DNA of 64,000 nucleotides from Candidatus Gottesmanbacteria bacterium. GTDB lineage: Bacteria; Patescibacteriota; Microgenomatia; UBA10105; UBA927. Both the position numbers and the translations under genes were made by a program. This document shows, in pieces, positions 17,573 to 27,741 of this stretch. Below the pieces are notes generated by a model that was not told the DNA's origin, did no database searches, and saw only the letters and a list, made by a program, of their open reading frames with translations. Position 1 is the stretch's first letter. Each line of letters starts with the position of its first letter. Location: contig JAUXTO010000030.1 in the NCBI GenBank assembly GCA_030679255.1, positions 3,420 through 67,419 of the forward strand, written 5' to 3'.

Positions 17573-20233
17573 TTAGGGGCTAACCGTTGGAGTGAGTGTT
17601 GGCGTTTGCGTTGGTGTCAACGTTGGTGTAGGGGTCGGCGTTGGAAACGGCTGATTGACACTTATTTTTATCTCCCACTCGGCGACATTCCCTTTCGTAT
17701 CGATGGCTTTGGCTTTTATCGTATGCACGCCATCAGTCTTCATATCAATTGTCTCTGAAGCTTGGCTCCCGGACACTTCGCGCTCCCGATTGCCGTCGAC
17801 ATAAATTTCTATTTTATCCACCCCATTGCCACTTCCTGCCTCTACCCGGATCTTGACCTCTCTTGAGTTGACCTGCGTTTCATTTCCCGGCTCTTTGATG
17901 GATACGGCGATTGGGTCACTGGATGAAGAGGTCTCCGTCGGCGGATGAAACTTCGCATCAGTTTGGAGTCCCAGCCAGACATTAATCCCATCCTGCCAGC
18001 GGTTTTTGCCATCTGAGGAAGCCGGATCATCTTCGCTCAATACCACAAACGCACGCGTGTCATACTCACCTTTGGCTATCTGTACGGCGTTGGCAAGTTT
18101 ATTGCTATCACTTTTGGATACCTTTACATCTTTATAGATAGACGCAGCGGAAGTTGGCTCCGTGCCTTTCACAAACCGCTCTTTCCGAGTCGGGTTCCCA
18201 TCTTTGGGCGTCCCGCCTCCATAACTGTCTATCTCAAGCTCCATGATGCCACTTGGACGAACAAACGGTTCGTCCGGCCTCGTGGCCAGTGCATCCCGCA
18301 TAATCCGGTTCCAGATGGGGGCCGCGCCCGTCACGCCGGAGGCTAAACTTGGATGCATCGGAGAGTTATCGTTATTGCCCACCCATGTTCCGACGACGAC
18401 GGATGGCGTGTATCCCATCGCCCAGTTATCCCGTTTGTCATCCGTCGTACCGGTCTTGGCTGCGACTGTCTTGCCTGGAATAAAAATATAAGATCGTAAA
18501 CCAAATACTTCTTTGCGCGCGTCATTATCAGAAAGGATATCGCTCACGAGGTAGGCGATTTCGGGGCTCATCACCCGTCGTCCGGATGTGGGCTTGTGTT
18601 CATAAAGCATTTTTCCTTTGCTATCGACTACTTTGAGAAGTGCCACAGTTTCATATCGTTCTCCGGCTGCGGCCAACACCCCAAATGCCTGGGTGAGTTC
18701 TAAAAGTTTTACCTCGCCACCACCGAGCGTCAGAGACAATCCAATGCGTTTAAGATTTTCGTCCGTGGGCTCGAGGGAGTTAAGCCCCATGTCGTAAGCG
18801 AGCCGCAAGCTGTCGCGCACTCCAACGAGCGCGCTCACCTTGACGGCAATCGTATTGATGGAATTGGCGAGCGCGTACCGCAGCTGCATAGGTCCCCGGA
18901 ATTTGTTGTCATAATTTTTAGGATTGTACTCGGGTTTGGTCGTATCCCCGGAAGGATATTTGGTATCGACATCCATGAGAAGGGTCGCAGTGGTGTATCC
19001 TTTCTTAAAAGCTGCCGCGTACATGATGGGTTTGATGGCCGACCCCGGCTGCCGGAGTCCTTGGGTAACCACATTAAATTTATAACCCCCTGAGTCCGTC
19101 GCCGAGTAATCTTTCGAGCCGACCATCGCAAGGATTTCTCCCGTCTTGGGATCGATGACGATAGCAGCTCCATTGCCGACTTTCAATTTTTTCGCTTTTT
19201 CCACTTCCTCCGAGACGGCTACCTGCGCTTTTTCTTGGAGTTTCCAGTCAAGGGACGTCGTCACCGTGAGCCCTCCTCCTGCCACTAACTTTTCTCCAAA
19301 CTTATCATTGAGAAGTTGCCGGACATATGCCACAAAGTGCGGCGCGCGCAGTCCCTCATTGCCTTTGGCAAATTGTATTGTTTCCAAATCAGCTCTGGCT
19401 TTTTCTTCCTGGGCCCCAGATATATATCCATCATCCTTCATGCGGCGGAGCACATGCTGCGAGCGTCCCACATACGCCTTAGGATCCCCGGAAAAAGGCG
19501 AATAGCGGCTGGGGGATTGGGGAAGTCCGGCGATAATAGCAGCTTCCACAAGGGTCAATTCCCGCACCGGCTTACTAAAGTACTGTTCGCTTGCCGCCTC
19601 GACCCCCACGGCCGTCCCGCCATACGGCGCTTCATTGAGGTACATACGCAGAATATCATCCTTGGTATATTTGCGTTCGATCTGGATGGCAAGAATTGCT
19701 TCTTTTATCTTGCGTGGGACGGTACGCTCCTGAGTGAGCAATACATTCTTGACCAGTTGTTGGGTGAGCGTCGATCCTCCCTGGAGATTACGGAAAACAA
19801 AAATATTGAGCAGTGCCCGCAGTATCCCGGTCCGGGAGAGTCCCTGATGTTTATAAAAGTCTTTGTCTTCTACGGCAATCGTTGCGTCTTTGAGTTGTTG
19901 CGGGATGTCTTCCCATTTGACGAGGATCCTGTTTTGGTCTTCAAAGATGTCATAGAGTTTCTCGCCGTTGCGATCCAGGACTACCGTCGAGAGCCCGTCG
20001 CTTCGCTTCACTTTATCCGGCCGGGGTAAGTCTTTCGCGTACCAGGCAAACACAATGCCGACGGAAAGCACACTCCCAAGAAACAGAAAAAACGCTCCGA
20101 TGGCAATGGCCGACCACGTCTTCATTTTGAGTCGTCCCGATCCGAAAGTTTTTTTCCATTGCCTCTGAAAATGTGCTTCTCTCCACATGCTTCTATTGTA
20201 CGTGGATGATGGGCGACTTGCAATTTTCGTCAA
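17573..20233 (-). CDS. class A penicillin-binding protein (PBP1A-type transglycosylase/transpeptidase) with C-terminal extension
   Basis: GT51 motifs EDKDFYKHQG and GGSTLTQQL. Transpeptidase motifs SAIKP and KTGTT. C-terminal PT-rich tail PTPTPTPTLTPTQTPTLTPT. The likely start is an internal M (MKTWSAIAIG) at 20125. Confidence 0.9.
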   Translation of the reverse strand: MTKIASRPSSTYNRSMWREAHFQRQWKKTFGSGRLKMKTWSAIAIGAFFLFLGSVLSVGIVFAWYAKDLPRPDKVKRSDGLSTVVLDRNGEKLYDIFEDQNRILVKWEDIPQQLKDATIAVEDKDFYKHQGLSRTGILRALLNIFVFRNLQGGSTLTQQLVKNVLLTQERTVPRKIKEAILAIQIERKYTKDDILRMYLNEAPYGGTAVGVEAASEQYFSKPVRELTLVEAAIIAGLPQSPSRYSPFSGDPKAYVGRSQHVLRRMKDDGYISGAQEEKARADLETIQFAKGNEGLRAPHFVAYVRQLLNDKFGEKLVAGGGLTVTTSLDWKLQEKAQVAVSEEVEKAKKLKVGNGAAIVIDPKTGEILAMVGSKDYSATDSGGYKFNVVTQGLRQPGSAIKPIMYAAAFKKGYTTATLLMDVDTKYPSGDTTKPEYNPKNYDNKFRGPMQLRYALANSINTIAVKVSALVGVRDSLRLAYDMGLNSLEPTDENLKRIGLSLTLGGGEVKLLELTQAFGVLAAAGERYETVALLKVVDSKGKMLYEHKPTSGRRVMSPEIAYLVSDILSDNDARKEVFGLRSYIFIPGKTVAAKTGTTDDKRDNWAMGYTPSVVVGTWVGNNDNSPMHPSLASGVTGAAPIWNRIMRDALATRPDEPFVRPSGIMELEIDSYGGGTPKDGNPTRKERFVKGTEPTSAASIYKDVKVSKSDSNKLANAVQIAKGEYDTRAFVVLSEDDPASSDGKNRWQDGINVWLGLQTDAKFHPPTETSSSSDPIAVSIKEPGNETQVNSREVKIRVEAGSGNGVDKIEIYVDGNREREVSGSQASETIDMKTDGVHTIKAKAIDTKGNVAEWEIKISVNQPFPTPTPTPTLTPTQTPTLTPTVSP

Positions 20234-20239
20234 AATGTG

Positions 20240-20640
20240 GTATAAGTATTCGTTACAAGTTAATAAAAGCGTTGAAGGAGACGAAGTAATTGCTTAAAGG
20301 TGACAACGATAGAGAGGGAGCGGTTGGTGCAAGACTCCCCGAACTTAAAGTAATGAATTACTCTCCCGAGCTGTAAGGTGAACGTGCTAGTGTTACTATT
20401 TTTCTAAACCCTAGTATTACTAACTTTTTCCGGGTAAGCCCGTTATAGCGGAATGATTGTGTTGCCTGAAGCAAAGCAATCTATGAGGCTAAGTTATAAC
20501 CGACCTCTGGTCGGTTTATTTGTGGCTAAATAACGATAGTCACGACTTAGCAAACCAAGGTGGTACCGTCCCCCGCGAAGCGGGGAGCCCTTGTAAATTT
20601 CCAAGCATGTCTTGGGGATTTGCAAGGGCTTTTTTTATGG
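20240..20640 (+). ncRNA. candidate structured ncRNA region ending in a strong intrinsic terminator
   Basis: 400-bp ORF-free interval. Hairpin ccccgcgaagcgggg, then gcccttgtaaat...atttgcaagggc plus a T7 tract at 20585..20636. No recognisable RNase P, tmRNA or SRP motifs. Confidence 0.25.
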
Positions 20641-20648
20641 AAAATTTA

Positions 20649-20737
20649 GCTGAGGTGGCAGAGTTTGGCAATTGCCCCTGACTGTAAATCAGGTGCCCTA
20701 CAGGGCTTCGGAGGTTCAATTCCTCCCCTCAGCACCA
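20649..20737 (+). tRNA. tRNA-Tyr (GTA), class II with long variable arm, CCA encoded
   Basis: Acceptor GCTGAGG/CCTCAGC, anticodon loop cuGUAaa, long variable arm, T-arm GGTTCAATTCC, 3' ACCA. Confidence 0.85.
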
Positions 20738-20761
20738 ATATAAATAATAAAGGAGATTAAT

Positions 20762-21568
20762 ATGAAAAATAATGAACTTGTAACAGCAAACATAAATAAG
20801 CAATCATTCCAACCGACCCCCGGTGATCGCATTCCAGAACGCGTGGAAATTTTTGATCCAAGGGAGGCGATCACATACATCGAAGGATGTGATTTTCCTC
20901 GGACATCTGATTACGCGATTGTCGCTGCAGAAATTGCACTCGGGTTCGGTGATGGAATTGGCATCAATGGTCATATCGTTGAGGTCTGCCCCGGCCCGGG
21001 TAATCTCTGCGAGGAGCTATTAGATGTTGGAGCGAAAAAAGTAACCGGCATTGATGGAAGTCCGGTTATGATTGCTCATGTAAATAACAAATTCCGTGAC
21101 CAGATTGACGCCGGACAAATGGATTTCAAGCTTGGCTTGGCTCAGCATCTCCCGTTGGCGGACGATAGCATCGACGGAATTGTCAACTTTAACTCGTTTC
21201 ATCAGTTCGCCGACGACGGACGGGCATTCGAGGCACTTCAAGAAATGGTGCGCGTGCTCAAACCAGGCGGATGGGGACTTGTGAGAGATTTTAAAAGAGG
21301 AGCATCTCAAGAGGCTATAGATAAAAGACTTGAAAAAACGAAAGAGGAAATTAAACCGTTATTGCTTGACTCGCTTACCGCAGCGTTTACATCAGATGAA
21401 TTTATAAATTTTCTAAATCAAATACCAGGAATAGCTTTTGAAGTGGAGGACACGAAAAATCCATGGCGTTTGTCAGAGCGAATTTGTGAAAGGATGAGAA
21501 ACGATCCGGTAGCGCATTGGATGGATTTTCTGATATCACAAAATGTAAAATTTTGGAAATTAATATAG
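20762..21568 (+). CDS. class I SAM-dependent methyltransferase
   Basis: Motif I VEVCPGPGNL, post-I VTGIDGSP, motif II-like VLKPGGWGLV. Confidence 0.6.
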   Translation: MKNNELVTANINKQSFQPTPGDRIPERVEIFDPREAITYIEGCDFPRTSDYAIVAAEIALGFGDGIGINGHIVEVCPGPGNLCEELLDVGAKKVTGIDGSPVMIAHVNNKFRDQIDAGQMDFKLGLAQHLPLADDSIDGIVNFNSFHQFADDGRAFEALQEMVRVLKPGGWGLVRDFKRGASQEAIDKRLEKTKEEIKPLLLDSLTAAFTSDEFINFLNQIPGIAFEVEDTKNPWRLSERICERMRNDPVAHWMDFLISQNVKFWKLI

Positions 21569-21578
21569 GAGGTAATTT

Positions 21579-22691
21579 ATGAAAAATATGAACACAAATA
21601 AGTTTCGAGCAGATGTCGTTGGGAGCATGCTCCGACCTAAATTTCTTTTAGACGCACAGGAGCGCCTAAAGAAAGGAAAAATTACTAATGCAGAGTTGAC
21701 GCTCGCTGAAGACAAAGCAGTCAAGGAAGCCGTTGCCATCCAAGAAAAAATCGGCATGGATGTCGTGACGGATGGGGAAATGCGCCGACCGGTATTTTGC
21801 CACAACTTTGTGAAAGCATGCGATGGATTTGCCTGGAACGTGCCCGGCAATACCGTCATATGGTTTGACATGAAAGGGAACAAGATTATTGATCCGGTGA
21901 CCGTGGGTGTCGTGAAAAGAATTGAAAAGAAACATGATATTTCTGTTGATGAATTCTCATTTCTTCGTGGTATCACGGATAAACCGATTAAAGTTACGAT
22001 TCCTAGTCCCACCATGATGAGCTACTACTTCGTTCCCGGAATTTCTAATAAAGTCCACCCATCACCCATTGGATTTCTCCATGAAGTTACTCGGATATTG
22101 AAGGAGAGCGTTGATGAGCTCGAGCGCATCGGTGTCACGCACATACAGGTCGACGCACCAGACTTTGGCATGCTCCTTGATCCCGTGCAGCAGGAATGGT
22201 TTGCGCATAAAGGATTTGAGCCTGAAACGCTCATCCATGAAGGCGTTGAGATGATTAATGTGGTGCTCAGCGGCTTTTCAGGGACAAAAGCGCTCCATAT
22301 TTGCCGAGGCAACGATAAAAACCGTTTTATGGCGAAGGGTGGATACGAACAAATCTCCCGTGTCGTATTTAAAAAGGCTCGGGTAGATAGACTACTATTG
22401 GAATTTGATAGTGAAAGGGCAGGGGACTTTTCACCGTTACGACATGTGCCAAAAGATAAAATGGTGGTCTTGGGTCTTATTACGACGAAATCACCAGTGC
22501 TTGAGGAACCACAAGTAATAATACGAAGGATCAAGGAAGCATCTCAATTCATACCGATTGAGCGGCTTGCACTAAGCACGCAATGCGGCTTTGCGTCTGT
22601 TGCTAAAGGCAACAATATGACTTTTCAGGATCAGGAAAAAAAGTTACGACTGGTTGTCCATGTAGCGAGACGAGTATGGAAGGACAAGTAG
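21579..22691 (+). CDS. cobalamin-independent methionine synthase (MetE C-terminal-domain type, ~370 aa)
   Basis: 370 aa, with an N-terminus, a central HICRGN and a C-terminal STQCGFA matching the UROD/MetE-like fold. Follows a methyltransferase and sits near ahcY. Confidence 0.65.
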   Translation: MKNMNTNKFRADVVGSMLRPKFLLDAQERLKKGKITNAELTLAEDKAVKEAVAIQEKIGMDVVTDGEMRRPVFCHNFVKACDGFAWNVPGNTVIWFDMKGNKIIDPVTVGVVKRIEKKHDISVDEFSFLRGITDKPIKVTIPSPTMMSYYFVPGISNKVHPSPIGFLHEVTRILKESVDELERIGVTHIQVDAPDFGMLLDPVQQEWFAHKGFEPETLIHEGVEMINVVLSGFSGTKALHICRGNDKNRFMAKGGYEQISRVVFKKARVDRLLLEFDSERAGDFSPLRHVPKDKMVVLGLITTKSPVLEEPQVIIRRIKEASQFIPIERLALSTQCGFASVAKGNNMTFQDQEKKLRLVVHVARRVWKDK

Positions 22692-22730
22692 GAAGGTTGT
22701 TTTAAGTATGTTATAGTATACAAAAGAAGT

Positions 22731-23915
22731 ATGGATGCAATTGAGGAATTATTAACAAGAGGGGTTGAGAATATTATTCCGGACAAAGAAAAACTCCGGA
22801 AGCTTTTGGTGAGTGGGAAGAAGCTCAATATCTACTTAGGTATCGACCCTACAGCGACCAATATTCACATTGGCCACGCGGTACCATTACGGAAGCTCAA
22901 TGCATTTGCCCAGGAAGGACATAATGTCACGTTTCTTATCGGAGACTTTACCGCGCTCATCGGGGATACGTCGGATAAAGATACAGAACGACCCATATTA
23001 ACGAGTGAACAAATTGAAACAAACTTTCAAACGTACAAAAAACAAGCGGAAAAAGTGTTGGATTTTTCCAAAGTGAAGGTCCGATTCAATAGCGAGTGGC
23101 TTAAGGATCTAAAATTTGCTGAAATTGTCAAGCTTACCCAACACTTCTCTGCTGGGGATTTTGTCGGCAGGGAACTTATTAAAAATCGCCTGAACTCCGG
23201 AAAGAAAGTCGGGCTCCACGAGCTTCTCTATCCCATAATGCAAGGATACGATAGTTTTCACATGGATACCGATATCCAGCTCGGTGGCACAGATCAAACA
23301 TTCAATATGCAAGCAGGACGGGTGCTTCAAAAAGATTTACGTAGTAAAGAATCGTTTATCATTGCCAACGGATTCCTTGAAGGAACGGACGGCCGTAAAA
23401 TGAGTAAGTCCTGGGGAAATGCCATATGGCTTACCGATCTTCCTAACGACATGTTTGGTAAGGTCATGTCTCTCCGCGATGAGCTCATCATCAACTACCT
23501 GACGCTCGCGACCAGTACCCCGCTCGGGGAAATTGAAAAAATGCATGCACGGCTTACGATGGGGGAGAATCCAATGGTGATAAAGAAGATTCTTGCTCAC
23601 AGGATCGTAACTGAGCTCCACTCGGAAACTTCTGCCGACCAAGCACAAACTTGGTTTGAAGAGCTGCATCAGCAAAAAAATACAACAAATGTTGATCTTC
23701 CCATCATTGCTCTCCCTTCAGGGGCAACTATCATTGACGCGCTCTCTGGCGATCCCTTCAATCAATCAACGACAGAAATAAAACGCAACATTAGCACGGG
23801 AAGCGTGGACATCAATGACCAAACAATCACCCGGGAAATGTCAAAAACGTTACTCAAAAATAATGATATAATCAAATTTGGTACAAAAAAAATTGTCAAG
23901 GTGAAACTCAAATAA
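22731..23915 (+). CDS. tyrS: tyrosine--tRNA ligase
   Basis: HIGH motif (HIGHAV), KMSKS, and the GGTDQTFNMQAGRVL segment typical of TyrRS. Confidence 0.85.
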   Translation: MDAIEELLTRGVENIIPDKEKLRKLLVSGKKLNIYLGIDPTATNIHIGHAVPLRKLNAFAQEGHNVTFLIGDFTALIGDTSDKDTERPILTSEQIETNFQTYKKQAEKVLDFSKVKVRFNSEWLKDLKFAEIVKLTQHFSAGDFVGRELIKNRLNSGKKVGLHELLYPIMQGYDSFHMDTDIQLGGTDQTFNMQAGRVLQKDLRSKESFIIANGFLEGTDGRKMSKSWGNAIWLTDLPNDMFGKVMSLRDELIINYLTLATSTPLGEIEKMHARLTMGENPMVIKKILAHRIVTELHSETSADQAQTWFEELHQQKNTTNVDLPIIALPSGATIIDALSGDPFNQSTTEIKRNISTGSVDINDQTITREMSKTLLKNNDIIKFGTKKIVKVKLK

Positions 23916-23917
23916 GT

Positions 23918-24025
23918 ATGAACTTCTTCAGAAAACATGAACTGTTTTGGAAAGTGATCGTCGTCATCGCAAGCCTCGCGCTTATCGCGTCCTCCTTCGC
24001 GCCACTCCTCTTCGGTGGGTTATAA
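23918..24025 (+). CDS. hypothetical 35-aa hydrophobic peptide
   Basis: MNFFRKHELFWKVIVVIASLALIASSFAPLLFGGL has a single predicted TM helix. Weak call. Confidence 0.2.
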   Translation: MNFFRKHELFWKVIVVIASLALIASSFAPLLFGGL

Positions 24026-24032
24026 TAGGAGA

Positions 24033-26153
24033 ATGGATCTCACCCTTGCCACTCCCGTCCAATATGTCCCCCGCGTAGGACCGGCACGAGCCAAGCTCCT
24101 GGCCAAACTCGGAATCGAAACGGTCCACGACCTTCTGTATTACATTCCGTTCCGCTATGATGATTTCTCGATTGTGTCTCCGATTGCCAAAGTACGTCCG
24201 GGTGAAACGGTCACAATTGGCGGCACGGTCACGGCATTTCATAACGCCTTCACCAAATCCGGCAAAAAAATGCAGGAGGTAAAAGTAAGCGACGAGAGTG
24301 GCACACTTGAGGTCATCTGGTTTAATCAGCCCTTCCTCGTCCGGGTTTTACCGGTTGGTACCATCGTTCGACTTGCCGGCAAAATTGACTGGTACGGCCA
24401 CAAACTCGTCATGTCCTCTCCCTCCTACGAGGTGACAGGGCGAGACCCTGTCAATGTACCTCCTGCTTATTCAGCGATATCGCCAATAATGACAGGGTCT
24501 CGCCCTGTCATTCAAAGTCTTCATACCGGCCGGCTTGTTCCGGTCTATTCAGAAACTGCAGGGCTGACGTCCAAATGGTTGCGGGGCAGGATTTCATTTG
24601 TTTTAGAAACGGTCTTAAAACATCTGAACGATACTATACCGGAGTCTGTCCAATCCGATCACCATCTCGTGCCACTCGCTCGTGCAATTCAATCAGTTCA
24701 CTTTCCGGATTCGATCGTACGGTCCGAAACCGCACGCCGGCGGCTCGCGTTTGATGAACTATTTTTCCTACAACTGCGCGCATGGCATGAACGTCGCGTC
24801 TGGGAACTATCAAAAAAATCCCATGCGTGCAGGATAGACGAAAAAAAAGTCACCGAACTCATCGCCTCGCTCCCGTTTACCCTGACGGATGATCAACATG
24901 GATCGATTAAAGAAATCTTGCATGATTTGACGAGAACCTACCCCATGAACCGGCTGCTGGAAGGCGATGTGGGATCCGGTAAAACCGTCGTTGCGATGAT
25001 TGCCATGTATGTAGCCCATCTCAATGGGTTACAGTCTGTCCTTATGGCGCCCACACAAATACTGGCGGAACAACATCATAAAACTATTAAAGGTTTTCTT
25101 GAACCGTTCGGTATCTCTGTTGCCTTAATCACCGGAAATCGAAGCATGAATCAGGAATCAGGAATCAGGGTAAAACTGCATCCCGGTATTCTCGTCGGTA
25201 CTCATGCCCTCCTCTCTAAAAAAATCAAATACCAACGGTTGGGTCTTGTGGTCATCGATGAACAACAACGCTTCGGGGTCGTGCAACGAGGGACACTCGA
25301 AGAAATGACGAAGCGGGGAAATACTCCCCATTTGCTCACCATGACCGCAACTCCCATTCCGCGGACTATTGCCCGTACGATCATGGGAAATCTGGACCTC
25401 TCGGTTCTGGCAACCATACCCGGCGGCCGGAAAAAAATTAAAACGTGGGTCGTTCCGAACGAAAAGCGGGACAAAAGCTATCCCTGGATCACGCAGCAAA
25501 TCAACCAAACCGGCGGCCAAGTATTCGTCATCTGTCCCCTGATCGATGAATCAGAAACCCTTTTCACCGCAAAGGCCGCCACAACCGAATATATCCGTCT
25601 CAAATCCCTATTTCCGGAACTTCAACTTGGCCTCCTCCATGGCCGCATGAAACCAAAAGAAAAAACTGAAGTTCTCGACGCATTCCGGCGGGGTGACATC
25701 CACATGCTTGTGGCCACCCCCGTCGTCGAGGTAGGTATCGACATACCCAACGCAACAATCATGGTCATCGAGGCGGCCGAACGCTTCGGCCTGTCCCAAC
25801 TCCACCAACTCCGCGGCCGGGTAGGGAGGGGAGACCTGCAGTCATATTGTTTATTGTTTACCGAACAGGGAGAAGAACGTACCCTCACCCGTCTCAAATC
25901 CATGGAAACCACGCATAGCGGGCCGGTCCTGGCGGACATAGACCTCCAACTTCGGGGTCCGGGTGAGCTTTTCGGCACGCGCCAACATGGGATACCGGAC
26001 CTCCATGTAGCGCGTTGGACGGATACAGCCCTTATCGCTGAAACAGGAAAATCCGTGAAAGAATTGGTGGCCAGTGACCCCTCCCTCACTGCTTTTCCCC
26101 TCTTGAGAGACAAGCTCGGAGAGAGTACAATAAAAACTATAACAGTTGATTAA
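24033..26153 (+). CDS. recG: ATP-dependent DNA helicase RecG
   Basis: Wedge domain, helicase motif I GDVGSGKT, DEQQRFG, motif VI QLRGRVGRG. Two family-2 palindromes (24433, 24490) and an AATCAGG x3 tandem (25147) lie in frame. An alternative start is 24015. Confidence 0.9.
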   Translation: MDLTLATPVQYVPRVGPARAKLLAKLGIETVHDLLYYIPFRYDDFSIVSPIAKVRPGETVTIGGTVTAFHNAFTKSGKKMQEVKVSDESGTLEVIWFNQPFLVRVLPVGTIVRLAGKIDWYGHKLVMSSPSYEVTGRDPVNVPPAYSAISPIMTGSRPVIQSLHTGRLVPVYSETAGLTSKWLRGRISFVLETVLKHLNDTIPESVQSDHHLVPLARAIQSVHFPDSIVRSETARRRLAFDELFFLQLRAWHERRVWELSKKSHACRIDEKKVTELIASLPFTLTDDQHGSIKEILHDLTRTYPMNRLLEGDVGSGKTVVAMIAMYVAHLNGLQSVLMAPTQILAEQHHKTIKGFLEPFGISVALITGNRSMNQESGIRVKLHPGILVGTHALLSKKIKYQRLGLVVIDEQQRFGVVQRGTLEEMTKRGNTPHLLTMTATPIPRTIARTIMGNLDLSVLATIPGGRKKIKTWVVPNEKRDKSYPWITQQINQTGGQVFVICPLIDESETLFTAKAATTEYIRLKSLFPELQLGLLHGRMKPKEKTEVLDAFRRGDIHMLVATPVVEVGIDIPNATIMVIEAAERFGLSQLHQLRGRVGRGDLQSYCLLFTEQGEERTLTRLKSMETTHSGPVLADIDLQLRGPGELFGTRQHGIPDLHVARWTDTALIAETGKSVKELVASDPSLTAFPLLRDKLGESTIKTITVD
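24433..24453. repeat. family-2 palindrome TGACAGGG-NNNNN-CCCTGTCA (in recG, encodes VTGRDPV)
   Basis: tgacagggcgagaccctgtca. Confidence 0.75.
24490..24510. repeat. family-2 palindrome (in recG, encodes MTGSRPV)
   Basis: tgacagggtctcgccctgtca. Confidence 0.75.
25147..25168. repeat. heptamer micro-tandem repeat (GAATCAG)x3 inside recG
   Basis: gaatcaggaatcaggaatcagg. Confidence 0.6.
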
Positions 26154-26162
26154 ATCTCAATG

Positions 26163-26240
26163 TCCAAATCACAATGACCAACAAGGAGTAAGGATTTTGT
26201 AATTTATTGGTCATTGAGATTTGGATATTGGGATTTGAAA
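26163..26240. repeat. family-4 hairpin (tccaaatcacaatgaccaa ... ttggtcattgagatttgga), recG terminator region
   Basis: 18-bp stem with one mismatch. The downstream atttgga/atttgaa units link it to the 43882 and 58254 copies. Confidence 0.55.
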
Positions 26241-26250
26241 CAAAGCGTAT

Positions 26251-26457
26251 ATGGCTCCATTACCCAAACGAAGACATAGCTCGAGACGCGGAGGCAAACG
26301 GAATGCCGCCTGGCTCAAGGCATTTACCCTCCCGAGTATCATCGCGTGCGGCCAATGTGGGATGTTCCGCATCCCTCACCGTGCATGCAAATCCTGCGGA
26401 TGGTATGACGGAAAAGTCACCGTACCACAAAAAGTCAAACATACCAAAAAGAAATAA
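26251..26457 (+). CDS. rpmF: 50S ribosomal protein L32
   Basis: N-terminal PKRRHSSRR and Zn-ribbon CGQCG...CKSCG. Confidence 0.85.
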   Translation: MAPLPKRRHSSRRGGKRNAAWLKAFTLPSIIACGQCGMFRIPHRACKSCGWYDGKVTVPQKVKHTKKK

Positions 26458-26463
26458 GCGTCC

Positions 26464-26814
26464 ATGAAAACCTCCCAAGATCCCCGTCACCAACATCGGA
26501 TTGACCGGATGCAACAGTTATTTGCTCACGCGTTTCAGGCAAGTACTGCAGATCATTCTATTGCTGATATCCTGCCGCATATTAGTGCCCTCGATAGCGC
26601 GGTACAAGATGCAGCCCCGGAGTGGCCAACGGATAAAATTGCTAAAATTGATCTTGCTATTTTGCGTCTTGCCGCCTATGAACTCGTCATCGAAAAAAAA
26701 GAACCCCCTAAAGTCATCATCGATGAAGCCATCGAGCTTGCTAAATCGTATGGTAATGAAAACAGTCCAAAATTTGTCAACGGCGTATTAGGTACCATAC
26801 TAAAAACACTATGA
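26464..26814 (+). CDS. nusB: transcription antitermination factor NusB
   Basis: 116 aa, all-helical, C-terminal FVNGVLG motif. Confidence 0.75.
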   Translation: MKTSQDPRHQHRIDRMQQLFAHAFQASTADHSIADILPHISALDSAVQDAAPEWPTDKIAKIDLAILRLAAYELVIEKKEPPKVIIDEAIELAKSYGNENSPKFVNGVLGTILKTL

Positions 26815-27497
26815 CATTTGACGATCTCCAAAAAACAATCGGTGTCACGTTTACGGATCCGGAGCTTTTAAAAGCTGCATTTTATCACCGCTCGTACCTC
26901 AACGAATCGCACGGAGTGAATGAGTCCAACGAACGGTTGGAATTTTTAGGCGATGCCGTATTATCATTTCACACTTCGCATTTTCTCTATGCCAAATACC
27001 CTACGGAACCCGAGGGGACACTCACCAATATCAGAAGCAGTCTCGTCAAAACCAAAAGCCTTGCCGATAGCGCGCACGAACTTCACCTTGGGGATCTCTT
27101 ATTTTTAAGCCGCGGCGAAGAAGATTCCGGAGGACGCACCAATAGTTCGCTCCTTGCGGACACCTTTGAGGCTCTATTGGGTGCCATATTTCTGGATCAA
27201 GGTAGTACGGTTGCCCGGGAATTTTTAGAAAAACATCTCTATCTCAAAGTCGAGGATATCGTAAAAAATAAATCCTACATTGATTATAAAAGTCTCCTAC
27301 AGGAAATCATCCAAAGTGAAAGCCGTATCTCACCCACGTATACGGTCACAAAAAGCGAAGGACCGGATCATGCGAAGACATTTTGGGTTGAAGCAAAAGC
27401 CGAAACCCGGGTGCTTGGCAGTGGCATGGGCAAATCCAAACAAGAAGCGGAAAATGCCGCCGCGACGAATGCGCTTGCCGCAATGGGCAAACTTTGA
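26811..27497 (+). CDS. rnc: ribonuclease III
   Basis: Signature ERLEFLGDAVL and a C-terminal dsRBD. Confidence 0.9.
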   Translation: MTFDDLQKTIGVTFTDPELLKAAFYHRSYLNESHGVNESNERLEFLGDAVLSFHTSHFLYAKYPTEPEGTLTNIRSSLVKTKSLADSAHELHLGDLLFLSRGEEDSGGRTNSSLLADTFEALLGAIFLDQGSTVAREFLEKHLYLKVEDIVKNKSYIDYKSLLQEIIQSESRISPTYTVTKSEGPDHAKTFWVEAKAETRVLGSGMGKSKQEAENAAATNALAAMGKL

Positions 27498-27512
27498 TAG
27501 AATGGTGGTTCT

Positions 27513-27740
27513 ATGGTAAAAATCCGTCTCACGCAAACAGGCACAAAAAATAGAAAAACCTATAGACTCGTTGCTATGGAAGAAGGAAAACGACGCGATG
27601 GACGGGCAATAGAAATTTTAGGCTTTTATAATCCGCTCGTCCAACCCCCCCAAGTGAGCATCAAACGTGACCGTGTGGACTACTGGCTTTCCGTCGGGGC
27701 CCAGCTGACGCCAGCCGCAGAGAAGTTAGTAAAAAACTAA
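27513..27740 (+). CDS. rpsP: 30S ribosomal protein S16
   Basis: MVKIRLTQTGTKNRKTYRLV is canonical S16. Confidence 0.9.
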   Translation: MVKIRLTQTGTKNRKTYRLVAMEEGKRRDGRAIEILGFYNPLVQPPQVSIKRDRVDYWLSVGAQLTPAAEKLVKN

Positions 27741-27741
27741 T

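Noticed and set aside
20240-20640. RNase P RNA or tmRNA in the ORF-free tract before tRNA-Tyr.
   Set aside because: GGAAAGTCCGGGC / ACAGAACCCGGCTTA (RNase P) and the tRNA-like CCACCA 3' end or resume-codon tag (tmRNA) are not present on either strand. Kept only as a generic ncRNA candidate.
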